Origin: Vicinamibacterales bacterium
GTDB taxonomy: Bacteria > Acidobacteriota > Vicinamibacteria > Vicinamibacterales > 2-12-FULL-66-21
NCBI GenBank assembly: GCA_036556425.1
Contig: DATBJJ010000113.1
Span: 65,208 to 129,207, forward strand
Length of the DNA: 64,000 bases
Direction: 5' to 3'
A program made the position numbers and the translations under genes. Shown piece after piece: positions 7,943-16,827 of this stretch. Below the pieces are notes generated by a model. That model searched no databases, had not been told where the DNA came from, and worked only from the letters and a program-made list of their open reading frames with translations. The stretch's first letter is position 1. Each line of letters starts with the position of its first letter.

Positions 7943-9005
7943 CGGCAAACGGAAGCGCGCTCGCGTCCGGCGGCTCTTCCGGATCGACGAGGTTGTGAAC
8001 GCTGACGCCGAGGAGCCGCACCGGACGCCGGCCGGCCTCCGTGCGATCGAGGAGCGCGATCGCGCGCGCGGCAATCTCGTCGGCGCTGCGCGTCGGCGGC
8101 TGACTGTGGCTTCGCGTCAAGGTCGTGAAATCCGAATAGCGCACTTTGATCGTGACGGTGCGGCACACGAGCGATTTGCGCTCCAGCCATTCCGCCGCGT
8201 CTCTCGCCATTTGATCGATCGTCGATCGGATCTCGTCGCGGTCCGTCAGATCCTGTGAGAAGGTGTTCTCCGATCCGCAGGATTTCGCCGCGCGATTGGG
8301 AACGACCGGGCGATCGTCGATGCCGTCCGCGAGCTGACGAAGCCATTCCGTCTGGCTTCCAACGGCTTCACGCAGGACGTTCGGATCGGCCGTGCGCACG
8401 TCGACGAGGCGCTCGATCCCTCGCGCGCGAAGACGCTCGGCTGTAATGGGACCGACGCCCCACAACGCGTCGACCGGAAGCTTCTGCAGAAACGATTCGA
8501 CGCGCTCCGGCGCGATCACGGTCAACCCGTCCGGCTTCCTCCATGCCGACGCAATCTTCGCGAGGAACTTGTTCGGCGCGGCGCCGGCCGACGCGGTGAG
8601 CCCCGTCTTCTCGCGGATCTCGTCCTTCAACCGCCGCGCGACGTTTCGCGCGAGCGGCTCGCCCCACGCATTCTCGGTGACGTCGAGGTACGCCTCGTCC
8701 AGCGACAGCGGCTCGACGAGCGGCGTCACGGCGCGGAACAGCGCGAAGACTTCCTGCGAGACGCCGCGATAGCGCGAGAAATCGGGCGGGACGATGAGGA
8801 GGGACGGACAGAGCCGGACGGCGCGCGCCATGGGGATTGCGGAGCGCACGCCGAACGCGCGCGCCTCGTAGCTCGCGGCCGCCACGACGCCTCGTTGATT
8901 GGGCGATCCTCCCACTGCAACCGGCTTCCCGCGAAGCGAAGGATTGTCGCGCTGCTCGACGGACGCATAGAACGCGTCCATGTCGACGTGGAGGATTCGA
9001 CGCAT
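7917..9005 (-). CDS. dinB: DNA polymerase IV (Y-family)
   Basis: MRRILHVDMDAFYASVEQRDNPSLRGKPVAVGG...SYEARAFGVRS..., a canonical DinB N-terminus. 362 aa. Its 3' end overlaps the convergent oxidoreductase gene by 26 nt. Confidence 0.95.
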   Translation of the reverse strand: MRRILHVDMDAFYASVEQRDNPSLRGKPVAVGGSPNQRGVVAAASYEARAFGVRSAIPMARAVRLCPSLLIVPPDFSRYRGVSQEVFALFRAVTPLVEPLSLDEAYLDVTENAWGEPLARNVARRLKDEIREKTGLTASAGAAPNKFLAKIASAWRKPDGLTVIAPERVESFLQKLPVDALWGVGPITAERLRARGIERLVDVRTADPNVLREAVGSQTEWLRQLADGIDDRPVVPNRAAKSCGSENTFSQDLTDRDEIRSTIDQMARDAAEWLERKSLVCRTVTIKVRYSDFTTLTRSHSQPPTRSADEIAARAIALLDRTEAGRRPVRLLGVSVHNLVDPEEPPDASALPFAATCPPTSD

Positions 9006-9047
9006 GGCGAAGATACGTCGAATGGTAAGCCGGAGCGGCTCAGGTTC

Positions 9048-10508
9048 TCAATGCTCTTCCTTGATTCCTGAACCCTGCGCCCTGTGGCGCACGGCGCGCG
9101 GCTTTGCCGATTTGCGCGCGCGAGGTGGCGCCGATCCATCGGCCGCCTTTCGCGAGCGCTTCGCGGCGCCGCCGCCGCGCCGGCGCGAGCGCGCAGGCGT
9201 TTCGTCCGGCGCAGCGACCGCTTCTTCCGCGTCGACGACTTGCGGAATCTCCCTCTCCCGGACCACGTCCCCGTCGACGACTTCCGGCTCGGACGCCTCA
9301 TCCGACCGCGCGCCCCAACCGTCGCCTACCGATTCGACGGTCTGCGTTTCGGCCGGCTCGCTCGTTTCTTCTTGGACCTGATCGATATCGGGCTGGCCGG
9401 CGTCCGACGGAGGCGTTGCGAGGTTGCCGGGGAAGATGCGCATGCCGCCCTGACGATCGCGCTCGATGCGCAGCAGTCCGTCGCGCTGACAGGCGCGCAT
9501 GAGATCGCCGAGATTCTCGAACCCGAACTTGCGCTCGTCGAATGTCGGATCCACGTTGCGGAGGTACTGCTTCAACTGCCGGATGTACATCGGCCAGCGC
9601 GGCGGCTTCTGCGACGACTGCAGCAGCCGGCGGATTTCACGAATGCCATCCGCCGCTCGCGCGGTTCCGTGCGCCGGCGACGCATCGCGCACCGGTACCT
9701 CGGCGGCTGCCGCGCGAGGCGCGCCGTCGTCCACGCTGCCGTGGCCGTTCTCGCTCAGCTCGACGAGCACGTTCCTTCCCGATTCGCGGAGCGTGACGTG
9801 CCCCGCGGACGCGAGCTTCTGCGCGAAATCGCGGAAGCTGCCCGCGCCGTACGTGCGCTCGGAGAACGTGGAATCGAGTTGGAGGAGCGTGCTCTTCAGC
9901 AGACCCAGTTGAGGCGTGACTTCTCGATCGGCGAGAACTTTCAGCGCGCGCCGCACGAGCGGCACGACCTGTTCGAGCGGCGCCTGCGTCGCGCTCGCCG
10001 GCGCGCTGCGCTGACCCCGATCCTGGAATCGCCGCGAGCCGACGAGGTTCTCGTACGCGATGAACTCGTGGCAGTTGCGCTGCATCACGAGGCTCGTGAA
10101 CGCGCGGCCGCCGACCACGAAGATCTGCTTGTCGTACTGTTTGAGCTTTTCGACGAGGCTGATGAAGTCGCTGTCGCCGCCGACGATCACGTACGCGTTG
10201 ATGTGACCGTGCGTGAACGCCATCTCGAGCGCGTCGAGCGCGAGGTTGATGTCCGCGCCGTTCTTGTCGCCGCCCGGCGTCAAGTTGCGCTGCACCAGCT
10301 TCGTCGCGTGCTGCGTCAGCGAGCGGCTGTAGTCCCCCGCGCGCGTCCAATCGCCGTAGGCGATCTTGGACACGACGTCGCCCCGTTCCTTCAACGCCTC
10401 GAGCACGACCCCGATGTCGAACTGTGTGTTGAGTGTGCTCTTGACCCCGATCTCGATGTTGTCGAAGTCGATGAAAACCGCAATCTTCAGTCGTGTAGTG
10501 TCTGCCAA
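9048..10508 (-). CDS. NYN (LabA-like) domain protein with two OST-HTH/LOTUS domains and a charged C-terminal tail
   Basis: N-terminus KIAVFIDFDNIE...YVIVGGDSDFISLVEKLK (NYN). Two repeats of the LOTUS-like pattern (...LGLLKSTLLQLDSTFSERTYGAGSFRDF... and ...YIRQLKQYLRNVDPTFDERKFGFENLGDL...). Apparent TTG start. Confidence 0.85.
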   Translation of the reverse strand: MADTTRLKIAVFIDFDNIEIGVKSTLNTQFDIGVVLEALKERGDVVSKIAYGDWTRAGDYSRSLTQHATKLVQRNLTPGGDKNGADINLALDALEMAFTHGHINAYVIVGGDSDFISLVEKLKQYDKQIFVVGGRAFTSLVMQRNCHEFIAYENLVGSRRFQDRGQRSAPASATQAPLEQVVPLVRRALKVLADREVTPQLGLLKSTLLQLDSTFSERTYGAGSFRDFAQKLASAGHVTLRESGRNVLVELSENGHGSVDDGAPRAAAAEVPVRDASPAHGTARAADGIREIRRLLQSSQKPPRWPMYIRQLKQYLRNVDPTFDERKFGFENLGDLMRACQRDGLLRIERDRQGGMRIFPGNLATPPSDAGQPDIDQVQEETSEPAETQTVESVGDGWGARSDEASEPEVVDGDVVREREIPQVVDAEEAVAAPDETPARSRRRGGGAAKRSRKAADGSAPPRARKSAKPRAVRHRAQGSGIKEEH

Positions 10509-10640
10509 ACCCGTCTGTATTCCCTTCTAGCCATCAGGCCATCCTCCTATTATGGCCCGGAAGACGCGGATCTCGCGGATCGCCGCGGATCATGTTGCTT
10601 TTAGCCGAGATCTCTCAATCCGCGTGATCCGTGAGAATCC

Positions 10641-10696
10641 GCGCGATCAGCGTCTTTCCCGCACGTCGGCGCGATCAGCGTCTTTCGCGCACGTCG
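10641..10696. repeat. 28-bp tandem duplication (2 copies, 1 mismatch) spanning the stop codon of the beta-propeller gene
   Basis: GCGCGATCAGCGTCTTTCCCGCACGTCG (10641..10668) followed by GCGCGATCAGCGTCTTTCGCGCACGTCG (10669..10696). The second copy encodes the last 6 codons and stop of the 10675..11913 gene. Confidence 0.9.
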
Positions 10697-11913
10697 TAGG
10701 CATACACGTTGTCCTGATCGCGCAGGAACAGCCGGCCTCCCGAAACCACCGGATGGCTCCATGATGGCTGGCGTCCCGTCCTGATCTCGAACCGCCCGTG
10801 CTCGCGATAGCCGGCGGGCGACGCTTCCGCGAGGCCCACGACCCCGTTCTCGCTGAACAGATACAGCCGGTCGTCGGCGAAAACGAGCGAGCCCTTCCCC
10901 ACGCTGCGGTTCTGCCACGCGACCTGTCCGGTGTCGAACTTCAACGCGGTGAGGATCGCGCTGTCGAATCCGTAGAGGTGATCGCCAACGAGCACCGACG
11001 TCGCGTGATGGTTCTTCATCTGGCGCGTGAAGTACACCTCGCGGGCGCGAACCGAGTTGCCTGACGCCGTCATCTCGAGGAGCGCCGAGCCGGTGCCGTA
11101 GTCTGACGACACGAACACGTGATTGCCGCGCACGATTGGCGTCGCGATGTTCGCGACCTGGTTCGCGACTTGTCCGTAGCTCCACAGCTGCCGGCCGGAG
11201 TCGATGTCGACGCCCAGCGCGCGCGCGCTCGTGAAGAAGATCGCTTGATTGACGTTGCCGACTCTCTGCGCCACCGCCGACGAGTAGCCCGCATCGTCGC
11301 CTTGCGTTTTCCAGATCGCGGAGCCATCCGTCTTGCGGAGCGCGACGATCGTTCCGCCGGCGTTCACGAGAATGCGATCGGTCAGCACGAGCGGCGATTC
11401 GCTCAAGCCCCACTGGATGTTCGATCCGCCGAATTGCTTCAGCAGATTCATCGACCAGTACGGCTCGCCGGTTGCGGCGTTCAAGACGCTGAGATCGCCG
11501 CTCGCGCCGAACGCGTAGACGCGATCGCCTTCGATCGTCGGCGTCGCGCGGGGACCGTCGCCGCGATCGTTGCTGAAGCGCCTGCCGTGCTGGCGTTCCC
11601 ACAACCGCTTGCCGCTGGCCGCGTCGAACGCAATCACGTACTCGGCGTCGCCGCGCGCGCCGAGCGTGTACAGGCGCCCCTGCGAGACCGCAAACGACGA
11701 ATAGCCTTCACCCGCGCCCTTGGCTTGCCACGCGAGCGGAGGGCCGCCCTGCGGCCAGTCCTTCAACAGTCCCTTTTCGGCCGAGAGTCCGTCGCGGTTC
11801 GGCCCGCGCCACTGTGGCCAGTCGTCCGGCGCACGGTTCGAAACCGTCGCAGGCAGGGACAGGAGTAGCGACGCAGCGATTGCTCCACACAAATAGCGGA
11901 CGGTCTTGGTCAT
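10675..11913 (-). CDS. PQQ-like beta-propeller repeat protein (BamB-like fold), secreted
   Basis: Signal peptide, then DWPQWRGPNRDG and repeated ...G.LY....DG.L.A.D..TG...W patterns. ATGA overlap with the downstream PPIase gene. Confidence 0.85.
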   Translation of the reverse strand: MTKTVRYLCGAIAASLLLSLPATVSNRAPDDWPQWRGPNRDGLSAEKGLLKDWPQGGPPLAWQAKGAGEGYSSFAVSQGRLYTLGARGDAEYVIAFDAASGKRLWERQHGRRFSNDRGDGPRATPTIEGDRVYAFGASGDLSVLNAATGEPYWSMNLLKQFGGSNIQWGLSESPLVLTDRILVNAGGTIVALRKTDGSAIWKTQGDDAGYSSAVAQRVGNVNQAIFFTSARALGVDIDSGRQLWSYGQVANQVANIATPIVRGNHVFVSSDYGTGSALLEMTASGNSVRAREVYFTRQMKNHHATSVLVGDHLYGFDSAILTALKFDTGQVAWQNRSVGKGSLVFADDRLYLFSENGVVGLAEASPAGYREHGRFEIRTGRQPSWSHPVVSGGRLFLRDQDNVYAYDVRERR

Positions 11914-13061
11914 AGCGGCTCCGGAATGGGGGATGGCCCCGGTCTCAGGATCTTTACGGCTCTCAGCTCGATTCTGTTGACCGGCGCTTCTCCATTCACC
12001 GGCGACTGCTCGATGGCCTCGACCGCAGCCATCCCGTCCACGACGCGGCCGAACACCGTGTACTTGCCGTCGAGCGACGGCGCGTCCGCGGTCACGATGA
12101 AGAACGACGTCGACGCGCTCGCGGGGTCGTCGCCCCGCGCCATCGACAGGATGCCCTTCACGTGCTTCGTTTCGTTGAACTCGGGGCCGATCGTCCGCAC
12201 GAACTTCTGCGCCTTGGCGTTCAGCGGTCCGCGTGAGTCCAGGGATCCGGTTTGGATCACGAAGCCCCTCACGACGCGGTGGAACGACGTCCCGTCGTAC
12301 ACGCCAGCCGACGCCAGCCGCAGAAAGTGGCGCACGTGGTTGGGCGCTTTGTCCGCGAAGAGCTCGACCGTGATCGGGCCGGCCGTCGTCTCGAGGATCG
12401 CGCGGTACTTCGACAGCTCCGCGGCTGGTTCTCTCGAAAACGGCTCGGGCTCCGGCGGCGGCGTGTCGCGAATCGTCATCGATCGGATCTCGATCCGATC
12501 GGACGGCAATCCGCTCGCGTCAGCGGGCGCTTCCGAGATCCTCTGCACGACGTCGAGGCCGTCCGACACCTGACCGAAGATCGAGTACTTCCCGTCGAGC
12601 GCCGGTTGATCCGTCACGCAGACGAAGAACTGCGAACCCGCGCTGTCAGGCTTACCCGGCACGAGCACCGCCGACACCGCGCCGCGCGTGTGCTTTCCCG
12701 CGCCGACCTCCGCTTGCAGCACGCCAAGGCCGCCCGTCCCATACTGTTTCGCCTTCGCGGGATCCTTCGAGATCGGATCGCCGCCTTGAATGATCCCGTG
12801 CCGGATCACGCGATGAAAGGTCGTGCCGTCGTACGCGCCGCTCCGCGCGAGCTTCATGAAGTAGCCGACGTGATTCGGCGCGAGATCCGGACGGAGATCG
12901 ATGACGAACGTCCCGGCCGACGTTTCGACGACGGCTTGCTTCGCGGTCATCTCGCCAACGGTGAGCGGCGTCTTGAACGGCGCAGCTGGTTTGGCGGTCT
13001 GCGCGAGCAGTGCAAGACCTGCGGCGCACAGCGCCATGTGGCAAGCGATTGAGGGAAGCAT
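11910..13061 (-). CDS. tandem two-domain cyclophilin-type peptidyl-prolyl isomerase, secreted
   Basis: Two cyclophilin cores: (FHRVIRHGIIQGGDP...GSQFFV...LDGKYSIFGQV) and (FHRVVRGFVIQTG...SFFIV...LDGKYTVFGRV). Confidence 0.9.
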   Translation of the reverse strand: MLPSIACHMALCAAGLALLAQTAKPAAPFKTPLTVGEMTAKQAVVETSAGTFVIDLRPDLAPNHVGYFMKLARSGAYDGTTFHRVIRHGIIQGGDPISKDPAKAKQYGTGGLGVLQAEVGAGKHTRGAVSAVLVPGKPDSAGSQFFVCVTDQPALDGKYSIFGQVSDGLDVVQRISEAPADASGLPSDRIEIRSMTIRDTPPPEPEPFSREPAAELSKYRAILETTAGPITVELFADKAPNHVRHFLRLASAGVYDGTSFHRVVRGFVIQTGSLDSRGPLNAKAQKFVRTIGPEFNETKHVKGILSMARGDDPASASTSFFIVTADAPSLDGKYTVFGRVVDGMAAVEAIEQSPVNGEAPVNRIELRAVKILRPGPSPIPEPL

Positions 13062-13134
13062 GTCGGTAGCTGAATTGTAGTGCAGGGCTTCCGGCGGAAG
13101 CCGGAAGGGAACGACGTGTGCTGTGATCTAAGAG

Positions 13135-15495
13135 ATGACGGCTCGCCGCGCGCTACCTCATCGATTCGCGTGCATGCTGCTCGCGATCGCGTGCGCACCG
13201 GGCGCCTCCGCGCGGGCGCAGGACACGACGGGTGTCGGCGCGATCTCCGGCGTGCTCCGATCGGACGCCGGCGATCCGATTGCCGGCGCGCGCGTGTGCG
13301 CGATGGGGTCCACGAGCTGCGCGGTCTCCGGCGATCGCGGCGCGTTTCGCATCACCGGCGTTCGCGGGGGAACGTATCGCCTCGAGATCAATCAACCCGG
13401 CGGACTGCCGATCGTCAGCGAACCGATCGCCGTCCGCGCCGGCCTCGAAAGTACGATCGAGCTCGTCGTCCCGCGCGCCGCGGGACTCGAGCAGACCGTC
13501 GACGTCACCGCTCCGGCGTTCGCCGCGCCGGAGGAGGTCAAGACGTCCGGCTTTCTCGTGCAGCCGCTCGAGATTCTCAAGAGCGCGAGCGCGCTGCAGG
13601 ATGTCTCGCGCTACGTGCAGACGCTGCCCGGCGTGGTCATCGGCACGAACGATTTCCGCAACGACATCATCGTCCGCGGCGGCAGCCCGCTCGAGAACCT
13701 GTTCGTCGTCGACAACGTGGAGATCCCGAACATCAACGCGTTCGCGAATTTCGCGTCGGCGGGCGGCACGGTGAGCATCCTCGACGCGGAGTTGATTCAG
13801 GACGTCACCTTCCTGACTGGCGGCTATCCGGCGCCGTACGTGAACCGGACGTCGAGCGTGCTGCAGGTCGCGCAGCGCGAAGGGCGGCGGGATCGATTTC
13901 GCGGCTGGACGACCTTGGGCTTCGCCGGAGCGGGCGCGATCTTCGAAGGTCCGCTCGCACGCGGCAAAGGATCGTGGATCGTCTCGACGCGCCGGAGCTT
14001 TCTCGATCTCTTCACCGACGACATCGGGATTGGCGGCGTGCCGATTCTCTACTCGGTCAACGGCAAAGCCGTCTACGACCTGAGCGCCAGCGATCGAATC
14101 TGGCTCGTGAGCGTCAGCGGGATCGACGAGATCCAGCTTGGCGCGAAGGAGGGCTCGACACGCAGCGTCGAGGAGGGCGAGCTGTTCAACTTCGACATCC
14201 GCTACAACGGATGGCGATCCGCAACCGGATTGAATTGGCAGCATCTCTTCGGCCCGCGCGGCGTCGGCCTGCTCGGCGTCACGCACTCCGAAGCCAAGGT
14301 CGGGACGACGGTCAAGGATCTCGTCCGAGGCCAGTTCGTGCCGGGCGGCGAGAACGTGTTCTTCGAGGACTCGCGCGAGGGCGAGACGACGATCAAGTAC
14401 GACCTGACGCTGCACGCGCCGCTCGTGAACAAGCTGCAGGCGGGCGGCACGTTCAAGATCTTCCGGATCGACTACGACCTCCTGTCGCCGTTCGGCAGCG
14501 ACAATCCGTATTCGATCGACGGATCGGCCGATGGCCTCGACGTCGCCGATCGCTTCAACGCGTACCAGACGGGCGCGTACGTCCAGCTCACGCGAGAGAT
14601 CGCGTCGAGGTTCGAAGCGACAGCCGGCGCGCGCATCGACCACTATCAATTCCTCGGAGCCACACGCGTCAGTCCTCGACTCGGCGTGAGCCACCGACTG
14701 ACTCGCGGGCTCACGCTGAGCGCAAGCGCCGGCGCGTACTACCAGCAGCCTTACTTCCTCTTCCTGTCTGCGTTTCCTCAGAATCGCCGGCTCATCCCGT
14801 GGCGGGCCGATCACTTCGTCCTTGGCGCGGCGTGGAGACCGAGCGCGTCGTGGCGCGTGACGCTCGAGGGGTATCGAAAGGAGTATCGCGACTATCCCGT
14901 CGCGATCGACTATCCGTCGCTGTCGCTCGCGAACATCGGCGACACGTTCAACGTCCGCGAAGTGTTGTTCCCGCTCACCAGCGCCGGCCGCGGCTACTCG
15001 CGCGGCGTCGAGCTGTTCGTCGAGAAGAAGCTGACGCACCGCTTGTACGGCCAGGGCAATCTCGCGTTCTCCCGAACGCGTCATGCCGGCCTCGACGGAA
15101 CGCTTCGTCCGGGATCGTTCGACTATCCGAGGGTCTTGAACGTGGTCGGCGGCTATCGCTTCTCGAACGCGTGGGAAATGTCGGCGCGCGCGTCGTGGTT
15201 GGCGGGACGGCCCTACACACCATTCGACGCGGCGCTGTCTGCCGTTCAGCGCCGCGAAGTGTACGACCTGACGAGGGTCAACGCGCTCCGCGCGCCTGAC
15301 TACTTCCGCATGGATCTTCGCGTGGACCGCACCTTCACCGTCGCCGGCCGGCCGTTCGTCTTGTTTGGAGGACTGCAGAACGTCACCAATAGACACAACT
15401 TCGGTCGCTACCGCTGGAACCGCCGCACGAACGTCGAGGAGATCAACGAACAGCAGGGGTTGTTTCCGATCCTCGGCTTCGAGTGGCGGTGGTAG
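13135..15495 (+). CDS. TonB-dependent receptor with N-terminal carboxypeptidase-regulatory-like domain
   Basis: Signal peptide, CarboxypepD_reg-like segment (GVLRSDAGDPIAGARV...GAFRITGVRGGTYRLEI), plug motifs (IIVRGGSPLENLFVVDNVEIPN) and a C-terminal aromatic beta-signal (...LGFEWRW). Confidence 0.9.
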   Translation: MTARRALPHRFACMLLAIACAPGASARAQDTTGVGAISGVLRSDAGDPIAGARVCAMGSTSCAVSGDRGAFRITGVRGGTYRLEINQPGGLPIVSEPIAVRAGLESTIELVVPRAAGLEQTVDVTAPAFAAPEEVKTSGFLVQPLEILKSASALQDVSRYVQTLPGVVIGTNDFRNDIIVRGGSPLENLFVVDNVEIPNINAFANFASAGGTVSILDAELIQDVTFLTGGYPAPYVNRTSSVLQVAQREGRRDRFRGWTTLGFAGAGAIFEGPLARGKGSWIVSTRRSFLDLFTDDIGIGGVPILYSVNGKAVYDLSASDRIWLVSVSGIDEIQLGAKEGSTRSVEEGELFNFDIRYNGWRSATGLNWQHLFGPRGVGLLGVTHSEAKVGTTVKDLVRGQFVPGGENVFFEDSREGETTIKYDLTLHAPLVNKLQAGGTFKIFRIDYDLLSPFGSDNPYSIDGSADGLDVADRFNAYQTGAYVQLTREIASRFEATAGARIDHYQFLGATRVSPRLGVSHRLTRGLTLSASAGAYYQQPYFLFLSAFPQNRRLIPWRADHFVLGAAWRPSASWRVTLEGYRKEYRDYPVAIDYPSLSLANIGDTFNVREVLFPLTSAGRGYSRGVELFVEKKLTHRLYGQGNLAFSRTRHAGLDGTLRPGSFDYPRVLNVVGGYRFSNAWEMSARASWLAGRPYTPFDAALSAVQRREVYDLTRVNALRAPDYFRMDLRVDRTFTVAGRPFVLFGGLQNVTNRHNFGRYRWNRRTNVEEINEQQGLFPILGFEWRW

Positions 15496-15606
15496 AGCAC
15501 TCATCGCGGCGACATTCACGATCACGATCTATCGCAGAGATGCGGAGGCGCAGAGTTTCGCAGGCACTTACAGTCGCAACCAGGTGAACGAGCGACCGCG
15601 CCGCAG

Positions 15607-15639
15607 GCGCGGGCCTGGCCGACGGCCAGGCTGCCGCGC
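15607..15639 (+). terminator. GC-rich hairpin downstream of the TonB-dependent receptor gene (possible terminator, no U-tract)
   Basis: GCGCGGGCCTGGCC-gac-GGCCAGGC(tg)CCGCGC: a 14-bp stem with a 2-nt bulge, about 110 nt after the stop at 15495. Confidence 0.3.
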
Positions 15640-15777
15640 GTCGCACATGATTAGCAAATGAGATCTACCTCGGCGTTACTCTCGCCCTCGGCGATCTCCG
15701 CGATGAGATCGTGACAGTGAACATCGTGCGGCGAGTTCGCAACCGCCTCCCGCCAGCTTGTGGCAAAATCTCGGCCC

Positions 15778-16650
15778 ATGGGAATGACACGCCGTTCGTT
15801 TCTTGCGACGACTGCTGGATTCGCGGCGGGATCGCTGCGCGTTCCGCAGACGACAGCCAAGCTCAACGCCGGCCAGGTCGTCGCGCGGATCAAGGCCAAG
15901 GTCGGGATTCCGTGGATGACCGAAACCGTCGACAAGATCGTCGCCGGTTCGCCCGGCGCGCCCGTGCGCGGTATCGCGACCACGATGATGGCGACGCTCG
16001 ATGTGCTGCAGCGCGCGGCGGCATCGGGCAAGAACATGGTCATCACGCACGAGCCGACGTTCTACTCGCATCTCGACGAGACGGATCCCATCGCCCAGGA
16101 TCCAACCTACATCGCCAAGCGCGATCTGATCGTCAAGAACCAGATCGTCGTCTTTCGATTTCACGATCACTGGCATCGCATGTCGCCCGACGGCATCGCG
16201 ACCGGGATGGCGCGCGAGCTCGGATGGGACAAGCACGCGGATCCAAAGAGTCCCCGCCAGTTCACGTTCCCCTCGATGCCGCTTCAGCAGCTCGTCAAAG
16301 ACATGGAGTCGAGGTTGAAATCTCGATCGATGCGGGTCGTCGGCGATCCGAAGATGCCGGTCGATCGCGTGCTCGCGAGCTGGGGCTACGCGAGCCTCAT
16401 GCCCGGATTGATCAAACAGGCCTCCCGCCCGGAGATCGACGTCATCATCGTCGGCGAGACGCGCGAATGGGAGCTCGTGGAGTACGTGCAGGATCAGATC
16501 GCGTCAGGGCTCAACAAGGCGCTGATCGTGATCAATCACGTCGTGTCGGAGCAGGCTGGAATGAAGTACTGCGCCGAATGGCTCAAACCGATCGTGAGCG
16601 AGGTGCCGATCGAGTTCGTCCCCGCGGCCGAACCCTTCTGGCGCCCATAG
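15778..16650 (+). CDS. NIF3-family (dinuclear metal centre, YbgI-like) protein carrying a Tat-type signal
   Basis: MGMTRRSFLATTAGFAAGSL (twin-arginine signal). NIF3-like blocks follow: NMVITHEPTFY, FRFHDHWH, IIVGETREWE and INHVVSEQAGM. Confidence 0.8.
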   Translation: MGMTRRSFLATTAGFAAGSLRVPQTTAKLNAGQVVARIKAKVGIPWMTETVDKIVAGSPGAPVRGIATTMMATLDVLQRAAASGKNMVITHEPTFYSHLDETDPIAQDPTYIAKRDLIVKNQIVVFRFHDHWHRMSPDGIATGMARELGWDKHADPKSPRQFTFPSMPLQQLVKDMESRLKSRSMRVVGDPKMPVDRVLASWGYASLMPGLIKQASRPEIDVIIVGETREWELVEYVQDQIASGLNKALIVINHVVSEQAGMKYCAEWLKPIVSEVPIEFVPAAEPFWRP

Positions 16651-16827
16651 CGGCTTGCGCAGCTGACTGAACACGAGATTGCCCGGCGCCGTCTGGTGGC
16701 ATCCGAAGCACGCGTTGCGTGACTCCGCGTTGAGCGATCCCGCCTGAGTGTGCGCCTTGAACGGCGGCGACCGACGTAGTAGTGTCTACTCCACGGACGC
16801 GTCGCGCGTCTGTACCGGCGACCCGGC

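Noticed and set aside
13062-13134. Possible cobalamin or other riboswitch upstream of the TonB-dependent receptor (small GCTTCC/GGAAGC hairpins), and a riboswitch upstream of metH
   Set aside because: The leader is only about 73 nt with no B12-box-like sequence that I can recognise. metH has no free leader at all because it is translationally coupled to the regulator gene.
13153-15525. 790-aa minus-strand ORF covering the whole TonB-dependent receptor gene
   Set aside because: It is antisense to a gene with clear family motifs. Its translation is Arg/Ala/Asp-rich low-complexity sequence with no domain signature, which is the typical shadow ORF of high-GC DNA where stop codons are rare in off-frames.
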